Shown piece by piece: positions 26,479 through 35,601 of a DNA stretch of 48,981 nt. The notes below the pieces were generated by a model. That model did not search any database. It was not told where the DNA came from and saw nothing but the letters and a program-made list of their open reading frames with translations. Each line of letters opens with the position of its first letter. The first letter of the stretch is position 1. Source of the DNA: Gemmatimonadaceae bacterium (GTDB lineage Bacteria; Gemmatimonadota; Gemmatimonadetes; Gemmatimonadales; Gemmatimonadaceae); the NCBI GenBank assembly GCA_051002815.1, contig JBPCLX010000251.1:1-48981 (forward strand), in the 5' to 3' direction. A program made the translations under genes and the position numbers.

Positions 26479-27630
26479 ATGCCTCGCCGAGCGCCGGTCG
26501 TCGTCCTCCTCGTCGTCCTGGCGCTGCTCCTCGGCTCCTACGTCGTATACACGCGTACGGTCGTGCAGCTCCTGCGGGCGGACGCGGCACGGCTGGGCCA
26601 GATGTACGCGCAGGTGTTCAATGCACTGGCCGATACGTCGGCCGGCGACGAAACCGCCGTTCTGCTCGATCTCGTCAGGCACATAACTACACTCGGCGTG
26701 CCAGTCGTCGTCACCGACACGGCGGGACAACCGACCGCGTTCGACAACCTGCCGTTCGGCGATGTGCCGCTCGACGATCCGCGCATCCGGGAGTACATAG
26801 CGCGCCTCGATGCGCAGAACCCGCCGGTAATCGAGCCCGGCGTTGGAGAGGTGCATTTCGGTGACAGCCGGCTGGTGCAGGGACTCCGCTTCGTACCGGT
26901 AATCCAGGCGATCTTGCTGGTCATCGTCCTCGGAACCGGTCTGTACATGCTGCGCATGCGCGGACGCGCCGATCGCGAGCGAGTCTGGGCCGGGATGGCG
27001 CGGGAATCCGCCCATCAACTGGCTACTCCCCTTTCGAGTCTCGGAGGCTGGCTGGAACTCGTCGAAGATCGGGGCGAGACCGATCCGGCGATCGGCACTG
27101 CCATTCATCATATGCGCGGCGATCTCGAACGCCTCACCCGGGTGGCCAACAGGTTTGAGCGCATTGGCCGCCCTCCGCGCACCGATGCCGTGGATCTGGC
27201 TGCCCTCGTCACCCGCATCACAGATTACTTCGCCGAGCGCGTTCCCTCGCTGGCGCACCGGGTCACGATACGCCACGAGTTGGGCGAAGGCTCGCTCGTC
27301 GTGCGCGGAGATGCAGTGCTCATCGAATGGGCGCTCGAGGCGATCGTCAAGAACGCGGTCGATGCCCTCGCCGGTCGCGGCGGAACCGTTGTGATCGGGC
27401 TCGAGCGCAGCGCGCCCGACGAAGTACGCATTCGTGTCGCTGATGATGGTCCCGGAATTCCCGCGGAGATTCGGCATCGAATCTTCGAGCCCGGATTCTC
27501 CACGAAGCAATCAGGGTGGGGAATAGGATTGTCGCTGGCCCGCCGGATCATCGAGGAGAATCATCGCGGACGTCTCATCAGCGTCCTCGCGGACCGCGGC
27601 GCGACGTTCGACATTATACTTCCGGGATGA
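26479..27630 (+). CDS. Membrane sensor histidine kinase (two TM helices, ~100-aa extracytoplasmic loop)
   Basis: H-box ESAHQLATPLSSL, N-box IVKNAVDAL, G1 DDGPGIP, and G2 GWGIGLSLARRI. No adjacent response regulator. Confidence 0.88.
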   Translation: MPRRAPVVVLLVVLALLLGSYVVYTRTVVQLLRADAARLGQMYAQVFNALADTSAGDETAVLLDLVRHITTLGVPVVVTDTAGQPTAFDNLPFGDVPLDDPRIREYIARLDAQNPPVIEPGVGEVHFGDSRLVQGLRFVPVIQAILLVIVLGTGLYMLRMRGRADRERVWAGMARESAHQLATPLSSLGGWLELVEDRGETDPAIGTAIHHMRGDLERLTRVANRFERIGRPPRTDAVDLAALVTRITDYFAERVPSLAHRVTIRHELGEGSLVVRGDAVLIEWALEAIVKNAVDALAGRGGTVVIGLERSAPDEVRIRVADDGPGIPAEIRHRIFEPGFSTKQSGWGIGLSLARRIIEENHRGRLISVLADRGATFDIILPG

Positions 27631-29879
27631 CGCTTCCGAGTACCGAAGACCCGCTGCTGACCCGACTCAATCCGGCTCAGCGCGAGGCCGTGCTGCACTT
27701 CGAAGGTCCGCTGCTGGTGCTCGCTGGCGCCGGCTCCGGCAAGACGCGAGTGCTCACCACACGCATCGCCCGGCTGATCGAAGAGCACGGTGTCGATCCA
27801 CAGCGCATTCTGGCCGTTACGTTCACCAACAAGGCGGCTGGCGAAATGCGCCAGCGGGTGGAGCGCGCGCTGGGGGAGACGCCAGCCGGGATGTGGGTCG
27901 GGACCTTTCACAGCATCGGAGCGAGACTGCTCCGTCGTGAGGCGCCGCTCGTCGGACGCACACCGTCCTTCACCATCTATGACGCTGATGAGAGTCTCGC
28001 CGTGGTGAAGGGGGTAATGGATCAGCTCAAGATCCCGCCCAAGCAGTTCGCTCCCAAGGCAATGCACTCACTAATCTCGGATGCCAAGAATGCGCTCGTC
28101 TCGCCTGACGAGTATGCCGCGGTTGCACGTGATCCGATGAGCCGGGCCGCGGCGCAGGTATACGGCGCCCTGGAGCCGGCCCTTCGCTCCAATAACGCGG
28201 CTGACTTCGACGATCTGCTTCAGCTCCCCGTACGAATCCTGCAGGACAATCCCGAGCGGCTCGAGGCGTGGCGAGCGCGCTTTCAGTTCATTCTCATCGA
28301 CGAATACCAGGACACCAATCGCGCGCAGTACCGCTTCATCACCCTGCTGGGCGGCGCCCATCACAACGTCTGCGTCGTCGGCGACGACGATCAGTCGATC
28401 TACGGTTGGCGCGGGGCGGACATACGGAACATCCTCGACTTCGAGAAGGACTTTCCTCGAGCGCGGGTCGTTCGGCTCGAGGAAAACTATCGCTCGACGC
28501 CGCAGATTCTCGATCTGGCCAACGTCGTGATTCGCGCCAATACCGAGCGGCGCGGCAAGACGTTGCGCGCGACTCGCCCTGACGGTGAACAGGTCACTAT
28601 CGTGGGCTGCCTCGATGAGCGCGACGAGGCCGAGACGATTGCAGAAGAGGTGCTCACCAGACGGAGGGCCGACCGCACACTGGCACTGAATGATGTCGCG
28701 ATTCTCTACCGCACCAACGCGCAGAGTCGCGCGCTGGAAGAGTCGATGCGCCGCCATGGCATTGCCTACCGCCTCATCGGAGCCGTGCGGTTCTACGATC
28801 GGCGCGAGATCCGCGATCTCATGAGTTATCTGCGGCTCATCGCGAATCCGTCGGATGACGAGGCCTTTCTCCGTGCGATCACCGTGCCGCGCCGCGGATT
28901 GGGTGAGACGACGCTGGCCCTGCTCCGCGAGCGAGCGAGAACGGCGAGCGTCCCGATGCTCGTTGCGTCGGTACGGGGTGACCTCGTCGAAGGGCTGCGC
29001 CCGTCGGTGCGCACGGCATTGGGAGACTTCGCCCGGCTGATCACCGACTTGCGAACCCGCGCAGCCGAAGAGCCGGTCGACTCGGTGCTCAGGGAGTTGA
29101 TCGAGCGAATCAGGTTCGAGGATCTCCTCCGCGCGGAGGGACCGGAAGGAACCGAACGGCTCGAGAACGTTCGCGAGATGGTGGCCGGAACGGCAGAGGT
29201 GGTCGTCGATGATGGCGGAGAACTGGGCCTTACGCCTCTCGATCACTTTCTGCAGCGCGCCGCCCTCATCACCGACGCCGACCGTCAGCAGGCCGATGCG
29301 GATGCAATCACGATGATGACCCTGCATAACGCCAAGGGACTCGAGTTTCCGCACGTGTTCATATCGGGGGTGGAGGAGGGATTGTTCCCGCTCAGCCGGT
29401 CGATGGACGAGCCGCGCCAGCTGGAGGAAGAGCGACGCCTGTTCTATGTGGGAATCACCAGGGCGGAGCGCGTGCTCACAATCACCCACGCCCGGAGCCG
29501 GCGGAGGAATGGCGAGCAGATGCCGTCGGTGCCGTCGAGCTTTCTTGCACCTGTTCCGGCGCACCTGGTGCGGACGCGCGCGACGATAAAGCTGCAGGCC
29601 ACGGGGCGCGGAGCCATGCTGCAGTCGCCCTCGTCCCGGCGGCCGGGCAGCCCGGTGCGAATGCCGGTGCGGCGCCAATGGGACGAGGAGGCGTCGCAGG
29701 ACGTGCCACGCTTCGTGAAGGGTGAGCGTGTGCGGCATGCCCGGTTCGGCGAGGGGGTGGTGATGGAGCTCGCCGGCACCGGACGCGAGGCGAAGGTGAC
29801 GATCGACTTCGATGATGAGACGATCGGACGAAAGCGTTTGGTAATTGCCTACGCGGGACTCGAGCGGGGGTGGGATTAA
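27627..29879 (+). CDS. uvrD: UvrD/PcrA-family ATP-dependent DNA helicase
   Basis: LNPAQREAV, AGAGSGKTRVLT, TFTNKAAGEM, IDEYQDTN and VGDDDQSIYGWRGA motifs. C-terminal Tudor-like VKGERVRHARFGEGVV. ATGA overlap with the kinase gene. Confidence 0.95.
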   Translation: MTLPSTEDPLLTRLNPAQREAVLHFEGPLLVLAGAGSGKTRVLTTRIARLIEEHGVDPQRILAVTFTNKAAGEMRQRVERALGETPAGMWVGTFHSIGARLLRREAPLVGRTPSFTIYDADESLAVVKGVMDQLKIPPKQFAPKAMHSLISDAKNALVSPDEYAAVARDPMSRAAAQVYGALEPALRSNNAADFDDLLQLPVRILQDNPERLEAWRARFQFILIDEYQDTNRAQYRFITLLGGAHHNVCVVGDDDQSIYGWRGADIRNILDFEKDFPRARVVRLEENYRSTPQILDLANVVIRANTERRGKTLRATRPDGEQVTIVGCLDERDEAETIAEEVLTRRRADRTLALNDVAILYRTNAQSRALEESMRRHGIAYRLIGAVRFYDRREIRDLMSYLRLIANPSDDEAFLRAITVPRRGLGETTLALLRERARTASVPMLVASVRGDLVEGLRPSVRTALGDFARLITDLRTRAAEEPVDSVLRELIERIRFEDLLRAEGPEGTERLENVREMVAGTAEVVVDDGGELGLTPLDHFLQRAALITDADRQQADADAITMMTLHNAKGLEFPHVFISGVEEGLFPLSRSMDEPRQLEEERRLFYVGITRAERVLTITHARSRRRNGEQMPSVPSSFLAPVPAHLVRTRATIKLQATGRGAMLQSPSSRRPGSPVRMPVRRQWDEEASQDVPRFVKGERVRHARFGEGVVMELAGTGREAKVTIDFDDETIGRKRLVIAYAGLERGWD

Positions 29880-30197
29880 ATGGCGGTGACACCTGACGAC
29901 GTTCGGCACATCGCGCAGCTCGCGCGCGTGGCGGTCGGCGACGAGCGGATACCGGCGCTGGTGGTCGAGCTGAACGGGATACTCGAACACATGGATGCGC
30001 TGGAGCAGGTGGACACCAGGAGCGTGGAGCCGACCGCAGGAGTCGGGGACGCGGGCCTTGCGCTCAGGGAGGATACCGGTCCGCCGCTGCCGCTCGCGCG
30101 CCCGCTCGAGGGTTTTGCGCCGGCGATGCGCGATGGATTTCTGCTCGTGCCGCGACTCGCCACTCATGCGGGCGACGGTGAGGAGGATCCAGGATGA
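29880..30197 (+). CDS. gatC: Asp/Glu-tRNA amidotransferase subunit C
   Basis: VRHIAQLARVAVGDERIPALVVELNGILEHMDALEQVDT. Followed by gatA and gatB. Confidence 0.93.
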   Translation: MAVTPDDVRHIAQLARVAVGDERIPALVVELNGILEHMDALEQVDTRSVEPTAGVGDAGLALREDTGPPLPLARPLEGFAPAMRDGFLLVPRLATHAGDGEEDPG

Positions 30198-31624
30198 CGC
30201 TGCCTGACGAGCGGCGGAGCGCGCCCGATCCGGTCGGCACCGTCGACGCCGCGTTCGAGCGGCTGCATCGCGCCGGTGCCGGCGCCGATGGGATGAATGC
30301 CGTCCTCTGGTCCGATCGCTCGCATTCGCTCGATGAGGCCACGGCGCTCGCCGGCTATCTCCACGGCGGGGGAATCCCCGGCCCGCTGGCCGGCGTACCC
30401 ATCGCGGTAAAGGACAACATCGCAACGCTGCACCTGCCGACCACCTGCGCGTCACGTATTCTTGAGGGGTACATCTCTCCCTATGAGGCGACGGCCATCA
30501 GCAGAATCCGCCGCGCCGGCGGTATCGTCGTTGCCAAGACCAATTGCGATGAGTTCGCGATGGGTTCGTCCAGCGAGCACAGCGCATACGGACCGGTTCG
30601 GCATCCGATGGATCCGACCCGCGTGCCCGGCGGCTCGTCAGGCGGTTCGGCTGCCGTCGTCGCGGCGGGAGTCGTGCCGATCGCGCTCGGATCGGAGACG
30701 GGGGGATCGGTGCGCCAGCCTGCCGCCTTCTGCGGGATCGTGGGAGTCAAGCCGACCTACGGGCGTGTATCCAGGTTCGGCCTTGTCGCCTTCGCATCCT
30801 CCCTCGATCAGATCGGTGTGTTCGGATGCGACGTCAGGCACGCGGCGCTCGGCACGGAGGTCGTGGCGGGGCGGGATCCGCTGGACTCCACCAGCGACGA
30901 ATGTCCGGTCCCGGCGTACGGCGAAGCGGCCGAGCGCGACATCAGCGGCATGGTGGTCGGCAAGCCACGCGAATACTTCCCGGATGGACTCGACTCGAGA
31001 ATGGCGCGGATGTGCGACCGGGCTCTCGAACGCCTCGTCGACGCCGGCGCAACGGTGAAGGACATCTCGCTGCCGCACACCTCCCTGGCGATTCCCGTGT
31101 ACTACATCATCGCGCCGGCCGAGGCGTCGTCGAACCTGGCGCGCTTCGATGGCGTTCGGTACGGGCTTCGGATCGAAGGCGACGGCCTGCGCGCAATGTA
31201 TGAAGCTACCCGCTCTCGAGGCTTTGGTCCCGAGGTCACGCGCCGGATTCTGCTAGGCACCTACGTGCTGTCGGCCGGCTATTACGACGCATATTATCGT
31301 AAGGCACAACAGGTGCGCACGCTCATTACCGAGGATTTCCGGCGTACGTTCAGCGACGGCGTGGACGTGATCTTCACGCCAACTACGCCCACTCCGGCCT
31401 TCGAGATCGGGAGCAAGACCAGCGACCCGTACTCCATGTATCTCAACGACATCTTCACTGCGACCGCCAACCTCGCCGGCGTGCCCGCGGTGTCGGTCCC
31501 GATCGGACGGATGGACGGCCTGCCGGTAGGGGGGCAGTTGATAGCGCCGCACTTCGGGGAAGAAACCATGTTCGCAGCCGCCTTCGCTCTCGAACGCACT
31601 CTTGGCGAGGAGGCGCATCGATGA
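30194..31624 (+). CDS. gatA: Asp/Glu-tRNA amidotransferase subunit A
   Basis: Amidase signature GGSSGGSAAVVAAG...GSETGGSVRQPAAFCGIVG. ATGA overlap with gatC. Confidence 0.96.
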   Translation: MTLPDERRSAPDPVGTVDAAFERLHRAGAGADGMNAVLWSDRSHSLDEATALAGYLHGGGIPGPLAGVPIAVKDNIATLHLPTTCASRILEGYISPYEATAISRIRRAGGIVVAKTNCDEFAMGSSSEHSAYGPVRHPMDPTRVPGGSSGGSAAVVAAGVVPIALGSETGGSVRQPAAFCGIVGVKPTYGRVSRFGLVAFASSLDQIGVFGCDVRHAALGTEVVAGRDPLDSTSDECPVPAYGEAAERDISGMVVGKPREYFPDGLDSRMARMCDRALERLVDAGATVKDISLPHTSLAIPVYYIIAPAEASSNLARFDGVRYGLRIEGDGLRAMYEATRSRGFGPEVTRRILLGTYVLSAGYYDAYYRKAQQVRTLITEDFRRTFSDGVDVIFTPTTPTPAFEIGSKTSDPYSMYLNDIFTATANLAGVPAVSVPIGRMDGLPVGGQLIAPHFGEETMFAAAFALERTLGEEAHR

Positions 31625-33096
31625 CTGCTCCAGCAGCCGCGAATCGAGAGGTTGTCGATCGCTACGAGATGGTCGTCGGGCTCGAGGTGCACGTCCAGCT
31701 CAAGACACGCACGAAGGCGTTCTGCAACTGTTCCACCAATTTTGGCGACGAGCCGAACGCCAATACCTGCCCGGTCTGCCTGGCGCTCCCGGGCGCACTG
31801 CCGGTGCTCAATTACGAGGCGGTCCGCCTGGCGACTCGCGCCGCGATAGCGCTCGGCTGCACCGTCCGCCCACGGTCGATGTTCGCGCGCAAGAACTACT
31901 TCTATCCGGATCTCCCGAAAGGCTATCAGATCTCCCAGTACGACCGGCCGCTTGCCGAACACGGGCATCTCGTCATTGGCACCAACGAGGATGGATCGCC
32001 CATAACGGTGGGCATTACGCGAGTGCACATGGAGGAAGACGCGGGCAAGTCGATTCATGACCGGTATCCGGGCTTCTCCGCGATCGACCTGAATCGATCG
32101 GGGGTGCCGCTGATCGAGATCGTCAGCGAACCGGACATGCGATCGTCGAAGGAGGCCGGCGCTTACCTGCGGACGCTCAAGCAGATCATCGAGTATCTCG
32201 GGGTGAGCGACGCGAACATGGAGGCGGGAAGTCTCCGCGTCGACGCGAACATCAGCATTCGCCCAAGAGGCGAAACTTCGCTAGGCACCAAGACCGAAGT
32301 GAAGAATCTGAACTCGTTTTCCGGCGTCGAGCGGGCACTCGAGTCCGAATTCCTGCGGCAGGCCGCGGTCGTGGACGCGGGTGGAACGGTCGAGCAGCAC
32401 ACCATGCTCTGGGATGGCGCGCGTGGCGAGGTGCGACCGGCGCGAAGCAAGGAGGCGAGTCACGACTATCGGTATTTTCCCGAGCCCGACCTGCCGCCAC
32501 TCGTTCTGGCGCCCGAATGGATCGCTCGTGTTCGCGAAGATCTGCCCGAACTGCCGCGCGAGCGCCGCGCGCGGTTCGCCGAGGCTTACGCGCTGCCTGA
32601 CGCGGATATCGAGGTTCTCACCTCGAGCGCTGCGCTGTCGGAGTACTTCGAGAGCGTGGCCCGACAGCACGGCGACGCCAAGCCGGCCGCCAATTGGGTA
32701 ATGGGTGAGGTGCTGGCTACGGTGAACGCCGCCGCCGCCACGCCGCTCGAGCGATTCAAGGTGCGACCGATGGATCTGGCCGCGCTACTCGACATGATCC
32801 GCGATGGCATAGTGAGTCACTCGGCGGCCAAACGCGTATTCTCCGAGATGGCCACGTCCGGCGATCGGCCGGGGCAGATCGCCGAGCGTCTGGGGGTGTT
32901 GCAGGAACGGGATACGGACACCCTCGCATCCTGGGTGGATGCGGTGATCGCCGAGCACCCCGCTGAGTGGGAGCGCTATCGGAAGGGTGAGCGCAAGCTC
33001 CAGGGCGTGCTGGTCGGGCAGGTGATGAAGAAGTCCGGCGGGCGCGCCGATCCCCGGCAGGTCAATCAGCTGCTGGTGGAACGGGCAGCGGTGTAG
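31621..33096 (+). CDS. gatB: Asp/Glu-tRNA amidotransferase subunit B
   Basis: YEMVVGLEVHVQLKTRTKAFC, PVCLALPGALPVLN and KNYFYPDLPKGYQISQ. ATGA overlap with gatA. Confidence 0.96.
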   Translation: MTAPAAANREVVDRYEMVVGLEVHVQLKTRTKAFCNCSTNFGDEPNANTCPVCLALPGALPVLNYEAVRLATRAAIALGCTVRPRSMFARKNYFYPDLPKGYQISQYDRPLAEHGHLVIGTNEDGSPITVGITRVHMEEDAGKSIHDRYPGFSAIDLNRSGVPLIEIVSEPDMRSSKEAGAYLRTLKQIIEYLGVSDANMEAGSLRVDANISIRPRGETSLGTKTEVKNLNSFSGVERALESEFLRQAAVVDAGGTVEQHTMLWDGARGEVRPARSKEASHDYRYFPEPDLPPLVLAPEWIARVREDLPELPRERRARFAEAYALPDADIEVLTSSAALSEYFESVARQHGDAKPAANWVMGEVLATVNAAAATPLERFKVRPMDLAALLDMIRDGIVSHSAAKRVFSEMATSGDRPGQIAERLGVLQERDTDTLASWVDAVIAEHPAEWERYRKGERKLQGVLVGQVMKKSGGRADPRQVNQLLVERAAV

Positions 33097-33995
33097 AGCG
33101 GGTCGATCAGTGCGGCGGCATAGCCTAACGAAGTTTCCGGTAGATTGAACCGCCGGATCGCTTCTTCCGCCAGATGGAACGCCATGCCGGTTCGCCTGGC
33201 ATCGCGCCGAACCCGTACCGCCTCACGCAACGCCGAATCGCCGGCCGGGTCGAGCGCGCGCACTTCCGCCTCGTCCATGCGCGCCAGCAGATCCATCACG
33301 TACTCGTACGAGCGCGTCAGGTAGCGGGCTACCTCGGGGTCGGGGAGGTCCCACCGGCTCGCATCGGCAGCGAGTTGAAAGATCCGCTGCCACGACTCCG
33401 TGTCAGTCACGTAGACCATGCCGCGAAAGATCCGGCGGTTGGTCGAAGTGCTGAAGATCGTCGGGCTGAGGATCCGGTCCAGGTGCCCATCCGAGCCGGC
33501 ATGGTCGAGAAGAATCAGTTCGCGCGCGCGGCGACTGTACCGCTCGCTGAGATGCGTCTCGAAGCGCGACTCCCAGTAGCTGTGTCCGAGTCCCGACGTC
33601 TTGGATGCGAGGACGAGATATCGAGGTACGAAGTAGTTATGCGCGACTGCATCGGCGGCTAGATGAGCGAGATAGCCGAAGCCGAATGCGCGGAGCCGCT
33701 CCTCGTCGGCGCGCTCGAGGATCTCCAACCCGACCGCCCACGAGTGGCAGTGGCGGCCGGCCGGTGCGTACTTCTTTGCGATACTCGTGTCGGCGGCGAT
33801 CGACCCGTAGAGAAAGTCGCCCGGATAGGCGCGCAAAAGCGCCGCGACCGCCGCGGGCAGAACTTCCAGCGAGCGCAGCACCGCGTCGCCGAGGAAGATG
33901 TGCGTCCCCGGCGTCCATGCGTACGCGGGGGAGGGCAGGAGCGCGACGGCGGCAACCGCCACCACGCTCCAGAGCAGTATTCGTCCCGGCCGCAC
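33066..33995 (-). CDS. Secreted zinc-dependent phospholipase C family protein
   Basis: The signal peptide ends ...PSPAYA, followed by the W-x-x-x-H start of the mature protein (WTPGTHIFLGD). Further His clusters (YLAHLAADAVAHNY). The 3' end overlaps the gatB 3' end by 31 nt. Confidence 0.65.
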   Translation of the reverse strand: MRPGRILLWSVVAVAAVALLPSPAYAWTPGTHIFLGDAVLRSLEVLPAAVAALLRAYPGDFLYGSIAADTSIAKKYAPAGRHCHSWAVGLEILERADEERLRAFGFGYLAHLAADAVAHNYFVPRYLVLASKTSGLGHSYWESRFETHLSERYSRRARELILLDHAGSDGHLDRILSPTIFSTSTNRRIFRGMVYVTDTESWQRIFQLAADASRWDLPDPEVARYLTRSYEYVMDLLARMDEAEVRALDPAGDSALREAVRVRRDARRTGMAFHLAEEAIRRFNLPETSLGYAAALIDPLYTAARSTSS

Positions 33996-34003
33996 TCCCG
34001 CGG

Positions 34004-34489
34004 CTATACGCCTAACCGCTTGCGCTGTTTGCGAAGTGCCTTTCGCAGATCGCGCAGCTCATCCGAAACGGTATCGGAGATCGTCTCGCGCGCAGCGGAG
34101 AGATAATCGCCGACCTCACTGGCGACATCATCAAGCGAGGGCATCCGGTCGACGATCTTCTCGCCTCGCTCGCCTACCCACTCCGCGCCGCGCTTGGCGC
34201 CTCTTCCCGCCCACCGTCCGGCGGCGGCCGATCCGGTTCCCGCGGCTGCCAGTATCGCCCCAGCAGGACGCCCGCGCGGCCCCTGTCGAAGCAACAGAGT
34301 CACCGTGGTGCCGATCGCCACTCCCATCAACATTGCCGTCAGCAGGTCGAACTCGTCCCGCGCCGGCGCCGAACTACGGCCGGCGTTTGATCCGCGGTTC
34401 CTCGCGGCCCGCCGTGGGCGTGCCTGCGTCGTCGTTTCCATCTCGCTCCTCCTCCGCGTCCAGGTATTCCTCGTCATGGTCATCCGCAC
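34004..34489 (-). CDS. Small membrane-anchored protein, YtxH-like
   Basis: One TM (LLTAMLMGVAIGTTVTLLL) followed by a Gly/Ala/Arg-rich and helical tail. The start is uncertain (an ATG at 34441 is also possible). It overlaps the DUF948 gene's 3' end by 68-116 nt. Confidence 0.4.
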   Translation of the reverse strand: MRMTMTRNTWTRRRSEMETTTQARPRRAARNRGSNAGRSSAPARDEFDLLTAMLMGVAIGTTVTLLLRQGPRGRPAGAILAAAGTGSAAAGRWAGRGAKRGAEWVGERGEKIVDRMPSLDDVASEVGDYLSAARETISDTVSDELRDLRKALRKQRKRLGV

Positions 34490-35003
34490 CGTTCAGCTCG
34501 CCTTGCTGAAACGCGGCGGTCCCCGCGCGAACTCCTCGCAACGTTGAGGCCGTCGTGACGAACGCCCCCTCGGCCTCCCGCTGCACTACCTCCATCAGGG
34601 CGTTGAAATCGTGTATTCGTTTCTCCGACAATTTCAAGGCCTGCATCATCCGGCGATTCGCTTCCGCGATCGTCCGGTTCACCTGCTGAACGTCGACACG
34701 GATCGAGGTCGTGATGTAATCGACGTTGTCACTGATCGTGTTCGCGTGCTTCACGATCGGGTTGATGTCGGCGTACACGCGGTCCAACAGCTGGTTGATG
34801 CGCTTATAGCTCTTCCGGAAGTTGTACGCTGCGGGCACCAGGAATACAGTCAGCACCAACATCGCGATCGACATGAGCCCGCTTGCAATACTCGCAACGC
34901 GCTCGAACATGCCGCCGGGCGGCTCCGCGTTGATCGTGACGATCGTGTCGGGGAGAGTGCCCTGCAATGCAAACGCTCCGGCTGTCGATAACCAGTTAAG
35001 CAT
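34374..35003 (-). CDS. DUF948-like membrane protein (YtxG type)
   Basis: TM MSIAMLVLTVFLVPAAY, then a long helical region INQLLDRVYADINPIVKHANTISDNVDYITTSIRVDVQQVNRTI, which is the architecture typical of DUF948. Acidic C-tail. Confidence 0.55.
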   Translation of the reverse strand: MLNWLSTAGAFALQGTLPDTIVTINAEPPGGMFERVASIASGLMSIAMLVLTVFLVPAAYNFRKSYKRINQLLDRVYADINPIVKHANTISDNVDYITTSIRVDVQQVNRTIAEANRRMMQALKLSEKRIHDFNALMEVVQREAEGAFVTTASTLRGVRAGTAAFQQGELNGADDHDEEYLDAEEERDGNDDAGTPTAGREEPRIKRRP

Positions 35004-35094
35004 GCTCGGGTGTCCGGAGTAGGTCGGCCGGCTGCGATAGGCACCGCATCGTGCTCAACGAGCAATCCGCGGTGCAAGGGGAAGGCCAGACACT

Positions 35095-35454
35095 TCAGCC
35101 TGCTGACTTCTCTTCCGATTCAAGCTCCGCGGCGAGTCCTACGACCCGTGTCACCGGCACCACGAATACTATTCCGGCTCCGGGGGAATCGAGATCGCCA
35201 CAGACCTCCTGCATCAGCGCGATGGCGGCATCAACCTTGTCATCCTCCACGACGCTGAATACAGTCTGGTTGTTCGGCCGCGACCGCGCTGTCAGCGACC
35301 GGAGTCCTGCGAATATCGGCACATCGTGGCTTAGCACGCGTCCCATGCCCTCGCTGCCGATGATCGTCGCGCCCGTAATTCCGAGCTCCACGAACCCGGC
35401 AAGGACGTCGTCGAGCTTTTCTTCATGATTGATGACGGCGATCAGCAGCTGCAT
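35095..35454 (-). CDS. P-II-like signal-transduction fold protein (non-GlnB)
   Basis: MQLLIAVINHEEKLDDVLAGFVELGITGATII...VFSVVEDDKVDAAIALMQEV...GAGIVFVVPVTRV parallels the GlnB beta-alpha-beta layout and B-loop. The T-loop is divergent and lacks the Tyr51 equivalent. Confidence 0.5.
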   Translation of the reverse strand: MQLLIAVINHEEKLDDVLAGFVELGITGATIIGSEGMGRVLSHDVPIFAGLRSLTARSRPNNQTVFSVVEDDKVDAAIALMQEVCGDLDSPGAGIVFVVPVTRVVGLAAELESEEKSAG

Positions 35455-35601
35455 GCATGAATGAGATCAGGGTGAGGGGCACCTGTGAACCGTACCGGAG
35501 ACCAAAATGCGTGTCAAGCGACTGACGCTGCTTGACTTCGCCGGACAGTGCCGTCCATCCTTCGCGCTCGACGCTATTCCCATTTCGAGCGAGTGACTGC
35601 C

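Noticed and set aside
28071-30455. 794-aa ORF on the minus strand, the longest ORF in the track apart from infB and the BatD/E gene
   Set aside because: It lies entirely antisense to well-supported uvrD, gatC and gatA. The product is extremely Arg/Pro/Ala/His-rich with no recognisable motif. This is a typical stop-codon-poor shadow frame of high-GC coding DNA.
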